This document shows positions 29,736 through 45,324 of a stretch of 64,000 nt of DNA, one piece after another. The notes below the pieces were generated by a model. It was not told the origin of the DNA, made no database searches, and saw nothing but the letters and a program-made list of their open reading frames with translations. The stretch's first letter is position 1. Each line of letters starts with the position of its first letter. This DNA is from Chrysomallon squamiferum (taxonomy: Eukaryota; Animalia; Mollusca), in the NCBI GenBank assembly GCA_012295275.1, contig CM022673.1, forward strand, positions 29,388,001-29,452,000, written 5' to 3'. The translations under genes were made by a program, and so were the position numbers.

Positions 29736-32700
29736 ATGTTGAATAAAATAATTAGAAAGTGTTTTAATTTAGTTTTAAATTTATTACTATAGTTAAATTA
29801 AATTCAACCTACAGCAGTCACAAAGATATAGGCCAAAATATTTTATTTTTAAATTATTATTTCCTGGTACAAATATTGTGTCTTTACTTTAAAGGAAAAT
29901 AATCACTACATTTTTTTTTTTTTTTTTGAATAAAAAATAAATAAAACCAACTAAATAAGTGAATGAAAAAGAATAATAATAAAAAAAAACAAATATATAA
30001 ATAAGAAAAATATATTAATTAACTAATTAATCAAAAATATATTAATGAACTAATTAATCAAATATATATTTAACAGAACAAAACCACATAATACTTTTTT
30101 GTTTTTTTTTCATTTTTGGTTATAACACTGGGAACCAAACAACAAACCATCGTTATAATTACAATCCATCTGCAATGATAATAGATGAGTTTATTATTTC
30201 TTTCGTGAATCCAGGAGATTAATTTTAGCAGCTATACAGGAATAAACTTAGGCCATAATGGTGTAATAACATTTTCCAGAGCAGGCTATTGGAATGCATA
30301 GTCAAGATAGTGAGTTTTAAATCATTATTAATGTAACCTGGAAAATAAGATCTTGGTGAATGTCTGAACGAATCTCACAAATAATTAATTATTTTTTATT
30401 TTCCAGTTCTTTTTCTATTTTACTTTTTTTTTTTTTTTTTTCCCCCTTTTTTTTTTTTATATCCATTTGAAGTTCAAATGATATTGAAACAAAATTTATT
30501 GTTTCTATCTCTTGTTTTCAAATATTTTCTTTATCAAAACGTTTATTTATATTTCATTATTTGCCATTTATCAATTCTCTTCAATGTGGCATTTACATGT
30601 TTTCCTGTTTCAGCCAGTGCTCTGTGACATAAAAGGCCATGTCACTTTATGCTAATTGCAGAAAATACAATTAAAATGTCAGAAAATATGTGTGTTCCAT
30701 ACGATGGGAAGCTTCTTATAACAGATCCTTCTGTGCTAACTGGAAAAATGTAATATCAGTCATGAAGAATATATTCTAAAAATATTCTGACATATGAATA
30801 TTCACAACAGAAAACTGATCAATATACATTAATGGTGCTATTAAACAAAGCAAACTATATTTGATATTTGCTTATTTCAGATCACTGCAGTGTACCATTA
30901 CATAATTTTCTCTGTGGTTTAAGCAAAGATATTGATTGTGTTAAAGTTAAGTTTGAAAAATGCCTATTACAATGAAATATTTGCATTCTGTATTGAAGTA
31001 CTATGTTTTGATAATTAAAACCAAAAAGGGAAAATAAAGACCAGAAGAATACTGAAAATAATCATATCATGATAATTTTTATCAATTCATAAATGGAAAT
31101 ACATAACAGAGATGATATGAAAATATTTTATAAAATATTTACTGCTTTTTACATACATTTTATATGCTGTTAGTTATTGGCTTTATTTATTATTTTATTT
31201 TATTGCATATTATTTAATTTTATCTTACTGTTTTCTATTATTTATTTTTTTATTTATTTTATTTTCTTTTATTTTTTTTTATTTTTATTTTTTTATTTTT
31301 TTTTTTTACTGTATTCTATATTTTATTTATATATTATATTTTATTTTAATTTTACTTTATTCTTGTTTATTGTTTTGTGTTTTTCTGTATTTTTTTTTTT
31401 TTTTAAATGTATTAAAGAAAATACATATGCCTTTCATGCATACATCTGAAAAATAATTACATTTATTTTACTGTTGAAATCAAACTGTCACAACCACAAA
31501 TAAAACTCCATGACAGCCAGAAAGTCTGTGAACAAAAACAATTTCAAATTCTTTTGTATGACAATTTAAAAAACAACAAAAGAACTATAAATGGCAGAGC
31601 AAAAAAAAAGTCAAAACTGCTTCACTTTTGAATGAGACATTTAACACAAAAACTGAAATAACTCTTTACCTTCGTTTCTGACTTTGAGCAGAACTGTATG
31701 ATTCCCAGCTTCGTTAAAGGTCTTTTCTATCACTGGAGATCGTGTCAACACAGAAGTGTTTTCAGGAAAGATCCATTCAAAAATCAGATCTCCCTCTCCA
31801 ACAACCTGGCCTGCGAATAAAAACATTCAGTAATCAGCATAACTTCACTACTTTTCTGATCACAGATTGCTAGCTTGTCATGTAAATTTCATCTGTCAAT
31901 AGATGTTTATAGTCATTACCCATACTCTGTGCACCCCAAGTCCCTGCTTGTTAAGTAACATCCGTGTGGTTTGGCAATTAGAACAAATTCAAATGTTTCA
32001 ATCTAAAGACACTTATACACTCAGTGACTAGTGTGTTTATTCAACTGACATGAGTTAATCAGTTTGCCTTCACATGTTTGTTTAAAAAAAACAAGAAATA
32101 ACTAGAGCACTGGTTGAGACTTTTTTTGATAAGCCACAAAAGTAAATTTTACCATAATTCTTAAGTATATTTTGCTGGACTTATTTTGAAAGGTCTATTA
32201 TACAAATTGGAAAATGATTACTGCCATTTTTAATGCTCAGTAATCCAGCTGTTTATTTTCATTGAAATTCCCATAAAAAAAATTAAAATTATCAATGATG
32301 GTAACTATAAAATGTCATATGATGTTTAGGAACATTAATGTTTAACTTCATATATTTATCACCATTACATTGTTATTCTATTCTTTATTTTTATATATAC
32401 ACTGTGAAAAAGTAAACTACATGTTAACATATAATCTCTTTTGAGATATTCTGCTGACATATAAATAATGTCTTGGTGCTAATCAGACATATAAGCTGAT
32501 ACTGAAGTTATTATATATAGCATGATATTTTCTTATGTAGACAGAATATGAAATATCTGAGTATTACCACTTATGTCCAAATTAATTTTAGTATAAGTAT
32601 TAAAGTGTCACATAACCAGTAAAAAACAGTTAATACTGTGCCATGGTGGGCTTCACTTTATGGCAAATACAGAAAGTCACAGATTCAGTCATCCTAAATA

Positions 32701-35633
32701 AAGTAATTGTAAATCTGTTCATATTCAAATTATAATTTTGAATTTTTTTCTCAAGAATAAGAAGTCACCAGAATATACAAATCATTAAATAGTACAAAAA
32801 TCTTTGTTTATGTGTTATTTTCATTGAACTTCTTTTATTTGGGTTTTTGTGTATAGCTTTTGTCTCAGTAAATTCACTGATATATTAGAACCAATCTAAA
32901 TCTAAAAGAAACATATTTTTAAAAATTTGAACAATATGTATGAGATTCTGTATGAGTCATAAAAGAAGATAACTGATCAAAGTGAATCGTACCTGCATTC
33001 TGTGCAACAAGCAGATTTGTCAAGCCTCGGATCAGAGGTTTGTTCAAAATTTTAAACTCCACTTCTTCCAAACCAGACTGAATAAGAACCTCTGTGCTTT
33101 CATTAACCTCAGATACATGGTTAAAAGCAAACACTGTTATGGTGTACAGGCCTGGATGTTTGAACACATGACTTAGGAAATACACATTACCATCAGTCTT
33201 CTTTACATCTTTGTAAGACTTTCGTCCATCACCTAAATCAAACTCAATTTCAACATAGGGACAGCGACAGTCAATCTTAGCAATCAGATACACTGGGTGG
33301 CCTTCCTGAGTTGGTCCAGAAGTGAAAAAATCCACTTCTCTTAAATGCTCTTCCACAGAGATTGGGTGCAAAGTCATTGATTTCTTGCTGACAGAATTAA
33401 ATGCCAAAATTCCAATGCTGTATTTTCCTGGATATAGGTAGGTATGTTTTGCAATTGATGAATGATTTGTTATTACCTTTTCACTCATTCCTTTGTTGTC
33501 TTTAAAATTCCACTCAAACATGACATCATCACCTTGACTTACTTCAGCCATGCAGCTGACTGTCTGTCCCAGACGAACGTATTGATGAGGAGCGCAGAAT
33601 GCTGAAAGACTTTCAATGGGACGCTGGGCAACAACAAAACCGCTTGTTGAAACAGAATTTATTAAATTTGTCACAGTCACTGAAATCATGTATCTGCCAT
33701 AGTCTTCAAAAACATAGGACAGATAGGAAGAACTTGTGGTGATGTTATCAAGTAAATTATCTTCATTGTCATATATCATCCAAGTGACACTCAGATTTTG
33801 GGAAGATGTCATGAAATTTAAGAGCAGTTCTGTTGGCTTATTCACCAGTACACTTTCATCTGTCTGAAGTCTGACCACAGTCAGTTCATACTGAACAACA
33901 ACTGGCTTCTTCAAGTACATTATGACAAAACTGTAGTTGTTGAAGATGCGTATTTTAGGGTTGAAGACACCCTGTTCTGTGTACGCATTCTGGAACTGGA
34001 TGCTCAGGTTACAGCCTTCGCCATAGCTAGCCACCAAAGCCAGTCCATCCAGTTCTTCAACCTCATCAGTGTTTGTGATGTTTGTTCTATTTTTATTTTC
34101 CTGTAGGGAAACTTGTTTCGACTCTCCAAGTCCAAAATCAACAGTGAGATAAGTATTTTGTCTATAGGTTGTTTCAACATTGACAAGAAATCTGACAGGT
34201 TCATTAATTTTGACAGCTTTTCCATACTCCTCTGCAAGTGAAAAGGAAACATCTCCAAGTTTCCTTTCCATTGCAATCTAAAAAAAAAATTAAATGGCAT
34301 AAAAACAATAATGATGATAATGATGATGTGATTACTATAAATATGGTTATGACGACATCGACGAAAATAATAATAATAACAAATCTAGGGAACTTTCAAT
34401 CAATATTATCAAGAGCCTTCTATTATGTAAGATTTTTAAATATGTAATCTTCTCCACATGTATGTATGACATAGTTCCCATACAAGAATCTTGTATTAAT
34501 AAATTTGCTCTACTTTTAGCTGTTATAGTCCCTGTAAGAATCTTGTATTACTAAAATTATGAACAAAACTGGCTCTACTTGTACACAAGCCAGTATGTTG
34601 CCAGTATTATTACAATGAAATATAAAATGAAATACTTACAACTGTGAGGTTTTTCTCCACACTGCCATAACTGTTGAACACTGTGGCAGTGACAGTATGC
34701 ACACCAACTGTAGGAAACACATAATCCTGAAAGGATATTAAACAGTTTTGTCAGGATTAGATAGAATTAGCACCGAGTTATTTATTGCTAATGCTACTTA
34801 TCTATTGAGAAGTGCACATGGCCAGGCTACATGTTTCTGAAAAAAAGAAAATCAATTTTACAAGAATGATTTTGATACTGTTATCTCTTTTTTCTCCACC
34901 AAAGTCTGCTGCAACAAACCTATACAGTGAACTTACCAAAAGCAGTTTTTTGCACAGTCTTTCTTCAATTTTTTTTTCCTCCTAATTAGTTTTAAAGTAA
35001 AATTGTCTGGTGAAGCCTGTTCAAATTAAAACTGAAAGTTTATATCCAATATTTTATGGTGAAGTCACTAAGGCACCACAAAAACCAAACAGTATTGAAC
35101 ATACATAAATTATCAAGTCAGTTTTACTACAGTACTGGTTTAACCACTGTCTACATTAAAATATTTCTGTATCTGTTTGTCTATCTATTTATCCAACTAT
35201 CTCTCACACACTCCCAAACATAAAAAAACCACTAAAAACCCACATATATCCACATCCTTTAGGCCACCAGAAATTAAATAATTAAGAATTAACCTACACT
35301 TCAAACTGTAAACAACATTAAAAGCAAATATGATTGTTTGTTTTTTTTCCTTACAAATTTCCTCCTTGTTTGTTAAATAAAAACAGCACCAAAATTATTT
35401 AATTACCCAAAAAAACAAAACAAACAAAATTAGAAATAACAAACAATAAAAAAGGAATATTAAGAAAAATATAAGATAGGCAGTTATTAATTTTATTATT
35501 TAATAATTGCCTATGTTTCTTTTTATTAACAGTTTTTATCCTTCATATTGTGAAATTTATCTTGAGATGTTAAAAACAAAGAATTAAATTTTGCAAAGGA
35601 ATTCTAGAAAACGATAACTAATAATGACATTAA

Positions 35634-35667
<34 letters not shown>

Positions 35668-36472
35668 TAAATAAATAAAACATTTTGAATAAAGATATAG
35701 TATATTAAATAAATTAATTCAATATTTAATAGAAAGCTAATACATTTCACTAAATATTGCAGCATATTCCTAATACATCAATTTAATTTTCTCCAGGATA
35801 TAAAATAATTGAAACGACTTCCTGGTATTATTATAAATTATCTCTGGTAGTATAATAAATTGTTGATTGTCTCTCTTGAGAGCCTTGAATTTTGATAACA
35901 GCAGTACCCTTGATACGTTGACTATCTGCTAAACCTTCTGATGTGTCACTTGCAAATAAGTTTTATATTTAATACTTAACTTTACTCTGAAGAAAGAAAG
36001 TTATAAAAGAGAACTGAATTCTTCATTAATGAATGTTACTTGAGAAAGAAGAATGCAAAATATTTTTTATCAAGATAAAACAGTCACAGACAGCTAACAA
36101 ATTATTTACATAACAAAATAATTTTTTTCATAGCCTTTATATATGTATAAGTATGTATTAAGGAATGACCAGTAAAAATAAATTTTGTAAAATAAGTTAT
36201 AAATATTACCTAGTTGTTGCTGTTTATTAAAAATGATCATTTTTGTTTTCCATTACTTGAATTCTCAGAAAATTATTAATATTAGAAAACATGAAAGAAA
36301 AAAAAGAAAGTGATATCAAATAGAAATTTAATTACTGTGATCACAAATCATTTTTAACAATTTTCTTTCCTGTTAAATTATTTATTATATATTCATCTTA
36401 TTAAAGAGAGAAAATATCTGGCATCTGAATTATATTCAGTGAATGATAAAACAAATTTCTTTACTAAAATAA

Positions 36473-36533
<61 letters not shown>

Positions 36534-39500
36534 TGTGTATGATATAAACATAAATTATGGCACTGAGAGTGTATATGAAATTCATTATATATTTCAAACT
36601 TCAAATAAAATATATGCTAAGTACATTAAATTCAGTTCAACTTTTTCATAATCATTTGTATTGTTAAAAATATATAGAAATAAGATAAAAATATGTAAAG
36701 ATGATTAATGATCAATAACCGCAATTACAGAACAATAATTAGGATACTGAAATTGATTGTTATTTACACTGATATTAAATAAATAGCGATCACAGAGCTA
36801 TAATTAGGGTAACTAAATTGACTGTTATTTTCATAATGAAATAAACAGAAGTACATAAATAGATTGACAGTAAAGAAAGGCACATTATAGAAGACAACAC
36901 ATGCAAAGCGTTTTGTTCCTAACCAGCGCACCTAACACACTATCAGTTATGCATATGTCACTCCTACCTGCACATCAAAGGTATCCTTCACTTTCATTAA
37001 AAAAAGAAGTTAAATTAAAAACAACTTTTCTGTGAAGAATAAAAATAATAAAAATAAATAAATAAATAACAAACAAAAAAAACTGTGTATTCATTACAAG
37101 AAGTAAGGTATTCCTTTTTAAATATTTAAACGAATATACACACATATTTCCAATTTAAAAGTTTAGTGGATGAGCAGTCCTTTTAGAAAAACAAAAATTA
37201 TAAGATCTACTTTTTAAAAATACTTTTACTTGTAACAAATATATATCTAAATTGAAAAGTCTAATCAGACTGTTTTAATTAACTGAACCATTCATTAAAA
37301 AACGTTTTTTTAGTTTTTAAAAAATTTTAATCTGTGAACAAAAATTCTATGACAAAGATAAGCAATATCTACTGAATCATATGTGTTAATATTCAAATGA
37401 ACTGTTCATACTTACAAACTGCACTGTTAAACTAACTGACATTAAGTTGATTTGTAATCAAAATAATTTATTATTGTTTATATTAAAGCAATTTATCTGC
37501 ATGTCACTGTTTGCTTTCTGCACAAATAACTTGTTATATTGCTAATACACTATTTATGCTGTTTGTTCCATGGGTTTTCTTTTTCTTCTTCTTGTATTTC
37601 ATTTCCTTTTTTTTATTGTTTATATATATATTTTTTTTAATGTGTTGTTTTGGGGTTTTTCTTTGTTTTTAATTTAAATAACGCTGTTTTTTGTTGTTGT
37701 TTTTTTGTTGACTCTATTAAGAATTCCTTGATATGCCCACTGGTTTGTAAGACGTAGTTATTTACTATTCCAAGCACAGTTTATCAGTTACAATCAGTTT
37801 ATCAAAGGCTTTGCTTGGTGTTTTCCTATCAATGGAAAGTTATTTACACCTGATCAATGATTTCTAACTAATACTAACAACTCACATGATAATGACAGCA
37901 TATTTTCTTCTTCACATTATAATCACATTAAAAATTTTAATTATTAAATCAATATTTAAACATTTGTTTCTATAATTATGGCAAAGCTTTATACATCTAC
38001 ATTTGAAATCCGATTGTTTCTCCTAGTTTTCAATCTGATCAAACTGAGTAGAATATATAAACACTAATATTATTGTCTCTGTTAAGATGAAAATTATAAA
38101 TGAAAAAAAAAAAAATAAAGATGAAAATAACTTACATGAAATGCTTGAACAATATATTCAAGCAATAAATTTGAGTATTTAAACAGTGTTACAAAACTGT
38201 ATGAAGAAGATAAACTGATAAAGAAAACAAATATTTAAAAAATATGATTTAATGTTACAGAAACATTAGCCAACAGTATTTTTAAAAAGCTCATGATAAA
38301 AAAAATTATATTTAAAAAAAGTAAAAATTAAGTAAACATATTAAATCTATTGCAAAAACATAAACACAGACAAGAACATATATAAATTTAGGTTTTAAAT
38401 ATTAAACATAATAATTTAAAAAAACAAAACAAAACAAAAAATGTTTTTGCAGCAGTTTTTGACAAAAGTAATTGTAGTTGAGCATACATTTAATAAGAAT
38501 ATGATTATAGAGCTAATATACATATGTATACAACATATACATAGGTTATGTACAAATACAGATATATACATATATATACATGTATATACAAACACATACA
38601 CAGAAATATACAGATATATATATATATAATATACAAAGAACTAAACAGATATATATATATATACATGAACAGAAAAACACACATACATATATTGTACATA
38701 TACATAAATACACACACACTAACAAACATATATTTGAAGGTGAAATATAAAGTGTTTAAAAGAAGTCACTAGGGGCAATACATTTGATATTATCGTGCAG
38801 GCTAAAAGATAACAACCTACCTTGGGTTTCCAGGACACAGCACTTAGCTACAATGCAAGAACAATCCTTATAGCAAGACCCTCGTAAATCAAAATCTCAG
38901 TTACTCTTCACATTAAAAGCAAAAACAGAGAAATGCAGTGAGGATTCGGGGAAACGTAGGACAGATCAACAGGACGAAACCAATCACAGGAAGTTGTACC
39001 TATCCTGCCTAGATACATGACCAATACACTGGACTGTCATAAAACGAGATGACAGACTCAATTTAAAGCTTCTTGTTGCCTAGTTACTGGCATCTTCACA
39101 CAGTTTAATCCCACAACATTGTGGGAGGTTATAGAAAGAAAAGACAAAAAAAAAAAAAAAAAAAAAATGGAGTTCTACCATCAAGACAACATCCAGTCAT
39201 ATAAACATTAAAGCTTTTAATGATTGGTGTGTAATATTATGTGGAGGAGAGCACAGACAGGTATTTGAAGACCTGTCTGACTGGATGTGGGTCTGTTTGT
39301 AAATAGAAAGTTTTCTTCTGCAGCCACATACACATTTTATGATTAATCACATCTCAGATCAAATGATGTATGCTAAAGACTAAAACTACAGACATCAAAA
39401 TTTGTCAGTGAAATGAAAGATAAAAACAAAATACAAAACATAAACAAAACAATTCTATGGTTAGTGTTTAAAACTAAGAAATAAAAGTTTTAAGTTTTTT

Positions 39501-42500
39501 AATACTGATGTTATAATTATTATACTAGTACTAAAAAAAACAGTTAAAACTTTCACATTCACTATGATATTTCATAGTTATATTTTTTTGCCTACATTTT
39601 AAATTTTATTTTTATTTAGTTCATGAACTATAAGGCATAAAATAATTTCACATGGACTAATAAAACACAAAAAGTATTTCATTATAAATTAAGCTAAAAT
39701 TCAAGAAACAGAAAAAGCCTTAAAATTACCTTTTACAACATATCCTAAAGATATTTTTTTCTATATAAATAACAAAAGATTTTAAAAATTCAGTTTAAAT
39801 TATCAAGTTAATAATTCTTGAGGTTACAAAATTTTCTATTCACACATTTATATGTACATAAACAAAGTAAGACATCTAATTCACAACTACAAAGGTTTCA
39901 AAATTTCTTTAAAAATTCCTCACAATAATCATCAATTTCATTTCTTTAACACAAGAGGTGCTGACAATAGAAAAAAAAAACTGCTATCAAAGCATCACTT
40001 GATGAACATCTAATTATCTGATGGGCTCTATATTTACTAATGATCTTTTTGGTGATAAAAACTGGAATTCCGACAATTTGAGATATTGATTTGTCATCCT
40101 GTCATTTCATTCCAAATTGCTATAAAGTATCAATTTCAAGCCATGTTATCTCCATTTTCAAGACCAGCCTCTGCCCAAGCACTGTCTGGCACGAAACACA
40201 CACAAACCTCTGATGAAATGCATGCCAGCATTAGAGTATGTAATTGTATTAATGGTATTAGTTTTCTCCATGGTGCAGCTTGTTTTTAAAAGCTATTAAA
40301 AGAGGACACACCTCTTCTTCACAGTCAGCATCATCGCCGATCTGCACAGTTTCAAACTCGTGAACTATTTGATTTAGGAAATCAACAGTTTCATGTACAA
40401 ATTTATCCCATTTTCACATGTCCCAAATATTGATTTATTAAACCAGTTAAAGCAAATTAACAATATTAACTATAATAATTAAAACAATTATTTCAAACAT
40501 GTTATTAAATATATTCCATTTTTAAAAGAACTGATGCAAGTCCAAGTCAAACAGAGAAGTTAACAACTTTATTATTGCAGTTCGCTTTGGTTTTAGTTTA
40601 ACAATATTCTTTGCTTTCTTCTCATTTCTTATTTTTTCTTTTTTTCTTTTTTTAACTTTTTTTGTTTGATTTCATTGTTGTTTCATTTACAAATGTAAGT
40701 TAAGAAGCCTACAAACTACAATAAAGATGATAAATTATTTTCTCCAATCTAATCTAGAGAAATACTATAAGCATACAAAAGAAAGATTTCTGTAACTAAG
40801 AGAAAAGTTAAACTAATTATCTGATAAAGTAAAAAGAAGGTCAAAGTTCAGTTATACAGTACAGGCATGAAGCATGGTAAGTTGTAAAATCAATTCCCTT
40901 AAATTTTCTTTCACTTATGTATTAAAGGACTATATTTAGAAAACGCACAATTAAAAGTGGACTAGCTGCTAATCAGTAAAAGTAGCCCATAGACTCTTTC
41001 ACTTATCATCATTACAAAAATAATGTTTAAACCTTATAATTCTTAATAACAATAGCAGTGACATTAAATAAATAGCCATTCCTCAGTGTTGTAATGCATA
41101 ATTTGACTGATGCAGTTATTATTATGAACTCCTGATAAAAAAAAAATGAAAAATGAAAACATTTCAGTTATACCAAAATAATTATGCTGCGAGTTAAAGT
41201 TATTAAAGGTAATGTGTGTTTTTTGAAGGGGATTGTCATCAACTATTGGGTATTAGCAATCTTGACGTAATTATAATGATATAGTCTTTAAAGAAAGACA
41301 AGCAGGTTTTTACATAGCAGCAATAGTAGTTTAAATATATACACCTTCTCGCAGAAAGAAAAACTACACACTTGGCCACTAATAATAAAGCTTTTAAAGA
41401 GAAACAGCTGGAACCAGAAACAGCCCAGTGAGTCCCCTTGAAAGAATCAAGCCTGTGACTCAGCATGCATGGACAGAGTACTCTACAGAGCTGACAACCA
41501 CTCCTCTCCAGTAAGTAATCATAATCAGTAATCTGACTAGATAATAATGACAAACTAATTAACCAGCTGAATAAACACGTAACAACAAGTCTGATGTCTC
41601 AGAGAGCAAAGTGACACTGGAAAATGAATTCAGCCGGCAGTAAGCTAAACTGTGAAGTAAGAAGACCTTTTTCTTTTATTTATAGGTGAATATGAAACAA
41701 TTACCACAACGCCAATGTTGTCTATTAACATTTCACATTAGAACTAAAACTGTACACAAAGAAAAAGAGAAATGTCAGTGACACATTTTATAAATTTTTA
41801 ATAAATGTATTGTTTTAATGTTAGTAATAAAATTTTGAAATTTCATTAATATTCAAAACAGTTATAGATCTTTTTTTTTAAATTGTATTTTTTTTTTTTA
41901 ATTTTTTTTTTTAATATGTACTATTGTATTTATTGCTTTATGCACCATAAACAGAAAAGAAATAATCTTGGCATTATATAAAGTACTATGTCATACTGGT
42001 TAGAACTGGAAATAATCCAGTGTCTATCCTGCCTCCTTCCATCCTTGGTATTTGATGAACCATTTATAATGTCATACTTGTTTGAATTGATAATAACCCA
42101 TTTGACGTAATGTGAAGCATTGATCCTGAATACTGTCATTCCCCAGCCAGTGTTCTGACTGTATAATCACAGTAACACTGTGTTATCACATTATACAACA
42201 TGTCAGGAAATTATTCCTAAGCAATCTGTGACAATTTTCACCACCACCAGCAGATCAGCTGATTACATGGTGACTTCTGCTGTGCTTGGCTTCAAAATGA
42301 TCAAACAAAAACTTCATGGGTCACAGAGCAATTAAAAGCAAATACACTAAAATAATATTTTGTGTTGACTTTTAATTTAAAACTCCCAACAAAAATATTA
42401 CTGGCAATTTCACATTTGTGTGCCCACTTGTACAGCCAGTTTTGTGAAAACTTTTGATTTCATTAGTGACAGAATGACTGATCAATACTCTGAATATTGA

Positions 42501-45279
42501 TAAACATATCTGATATTTCACTCTGTTAAGCATGTCCATGAATGCAACACTTATAAAACAACATCCTCTCAAATGCTTAATAATATTAAAAAATCACAAT
42601 AAAAAAGAAAACATTATTTTTCTAATGCCAGATATTACATTCGAAACAAAAAATAAATTGCTTCTGGTGTAGAATGCTAAATTGGTGACGACAGTTTTTG
42701 AGAAATTCAGTTTATTCCAGTAGAGGAAATAAAATGCAAAAATGACTAGTTCTCTCTTTCTCTTTCTCTTTCTGTAATTATAACAGATACTAATTATTTT
42801 TTTCTGTCTTTTTAAATATTTTTTTAATAACTTTTTTAAATGATAGTTGGTACTGTATAATTATATAAATGAAGTGTAAACTAAGACCTCTGTGACTTTA
42901 AATTCTAAATTCTGTGAAATCTGCCTGAAAGAAAAATGTTTGAAGTTTGTTAATTTTATCGTTTCTAAAACTGATTGTAATCAATAAACATTTGTGACTG
43001 TTGATTGTTGTTAGCAATGATTGGTTGGTACTCTAGCCAATTTTAGGACCCTCAAATTATCAGGATACATGAAACATGAAACATCTGCTTTTTCAGCACA
43101 AAACTTTGTCTCTATGGGCAATCAATGAAAGCAATTTTACTGGTATTGGAAAATATCCTCCAAGAGCGTGTGGTTTATCTCCAACTCATGATCAATTGTG
43201 CATATTCGCGATCGTAATTACATTACCAACATCTACGTGAGAGATGGAATTGAAGCAAAAGCTGCAAAAACCATGTCCACTAGCTTATCCAAAGCAGAAA
43301 TGTGACCAGCTAAATTAAATTGATGGCTCTAACAACATGAGAGATAATCACCATTATGGGTCGAACACAGAGAGATGGGCTTGCTCGCTGCTGTGGCATG
43401 GGAAACTCTTGGTGTTCATCTTGGTTTCAGACACGATCAAATTCACTTCTTCATGTTTGGCAAAGAAAAACAAACAGCACTACCATCACAGCACTGGCCC
43501 ATCTCCCACATGTTGTATAATGTTTCAAAGAACAAGAAGGATTTACTGGACTAGGTTACATGACAGAAATCTTTTTTTATAAAAATTAATTCTGGCTTAT
43601 AAAGTTATATATAAAGAAACAAATCCTATTCTTCCACTTCAGTATAAAGCATAAATAAAGAACAAATACAAATGAATACAGATACAAATACAACTTTAAA
43701 ATGTGTTGTAATTATAGGTAATACGACTTTTCACTTTTTTAATCTAAATATATATATTTTTTAAATCACTGTTGCTATGTCACCAGCCTAACTGAGTGAA
43801 GCACAAGTGAATATAATGACTCATGGCTGACAACAATAAACACCTCAGGCAATGCCTGTATGTTATATCTGCAACACACACAAACATCACCACTTTCTGA
43901 CAACAACGACAGCATTGTGATGGCAATAAAATTATAACAACAATAAGTGAAAGACTCATAATATTTTAAACCATGAATGGTATGTTTTATTTTAATAAGC
44001 TTGTTTACGTGGTTGTTCATTTAAAATTTAATTAGCTGTTTTTAAATTATAGAGTTAATTAAATAAAAATGACATTTTAAAAATATATACTTTCATGTAA
44101 ATAAGATCTACAGCTTTATGATATTTACAATTGAAGACAGTTGTATTTTGTTCCAAGAATTCACCTATAATTTCAATTATGCAGTTTTCATAGGTTATTA
44201 TAATGTTAAATATGTTAACATTTGTTTATAAACAGTACATAAAAGTTAAATAGATTAACATTTGAGTTTGAACTGCATATAAATGTTAAATAAGTTAAGA
44301 TTTTAGTATGTAATGTATACAAATTGTAAATAGGTTAATATCTTTTGTATGAATAATCGATCATACATAATATCCGAAGGTAAAAATCTAGCACAAACTG
44401 AACAGTTTTAATTAGGTTAAATCATTCGTATAATTTGCGCACAATGTTAATAAAAGGTTATCATCTTTGGTATAATGTGTATGTAATTTTAAGCATTTTA
44501 ATATTTTTAATAGAAATGCAAGGACAAATAGGTTAACATTATTAACACAAATCTTATTCCAGAATGTGATTATTGTTACTATGATGAATTTGTTCCATCA
44601 GACTTCTTTTTCACCTTATTCTAAAGTAAAGTAAGTTCGCATTTTCACTGTTAAGTGTTGAAAATCATTTCCCTCTGACCTTTCCAGTGTCTGTATCTAG
44701 CTTCTACATTGTCTGCAATCTAAAACACCTTTTGCTGGCTGATCTGATTTTGGAATATTTTTGTAAAGGTCAAACAAGACTTCTGACTGCAGGTGGAAAG
44801 TGTTCAGGGATATTTATGTATATTTATTTTTTTATTTTATCCAAGGTATGTCTTTGAAAAAAACTGATCTTATCTTCATTTACACATGTACGTTACCGAT
44901 TTAGTGTTAAGTATGCTAACAAGTGAATAAATGAGTGTATGGTAAGCTGCAATACGACATTTATAGACAATAATTATATCTCTTGGATAATATATATTGT
45001 TTGTTTTCCTAAATGATAAATGTAAAAGAAGAATAGAAAATATAGTTTTTGTTTTTTATCCATGTAATGATATTTTTATTTTTATTTTTTCCTTCTTCTT
45101 AATAATATATACTTGTAATGATTTATTCTCATTTTCATTGTTTTGAAATATTTTTTATCAATCTTAAACAGAGCTAAAAAAAAAAATATGTTATACAATT
45201 ATTGGAAACTGTAAATTTAACAAAAAAAAAAACATTTTAACCTGTAATGTCTTATCTTATTCTTATTAAAGAGATAGAC

Positions 45280-45324
<45 letters not shown>

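Noticed and set aside
30230-30337. Good minus-strand acceptor (ttttccag) between w5 and w6
   Set aside because: The frame reaches a stop with no clear donor, and w5-w6 join perfectly without it.
32919-34271. 450-aa ORF as a stand-alone gene
   Set aside because: It is internal exon w4, flanked by an acceptor at 34278 and a donor at 32992, in phase with its neighbours.
34480-34496. Palindrome atacaaga-a-tcttgtat
   Set aside because: An 8-bp AT-rich stem inside a small local duplication is expected by chance.
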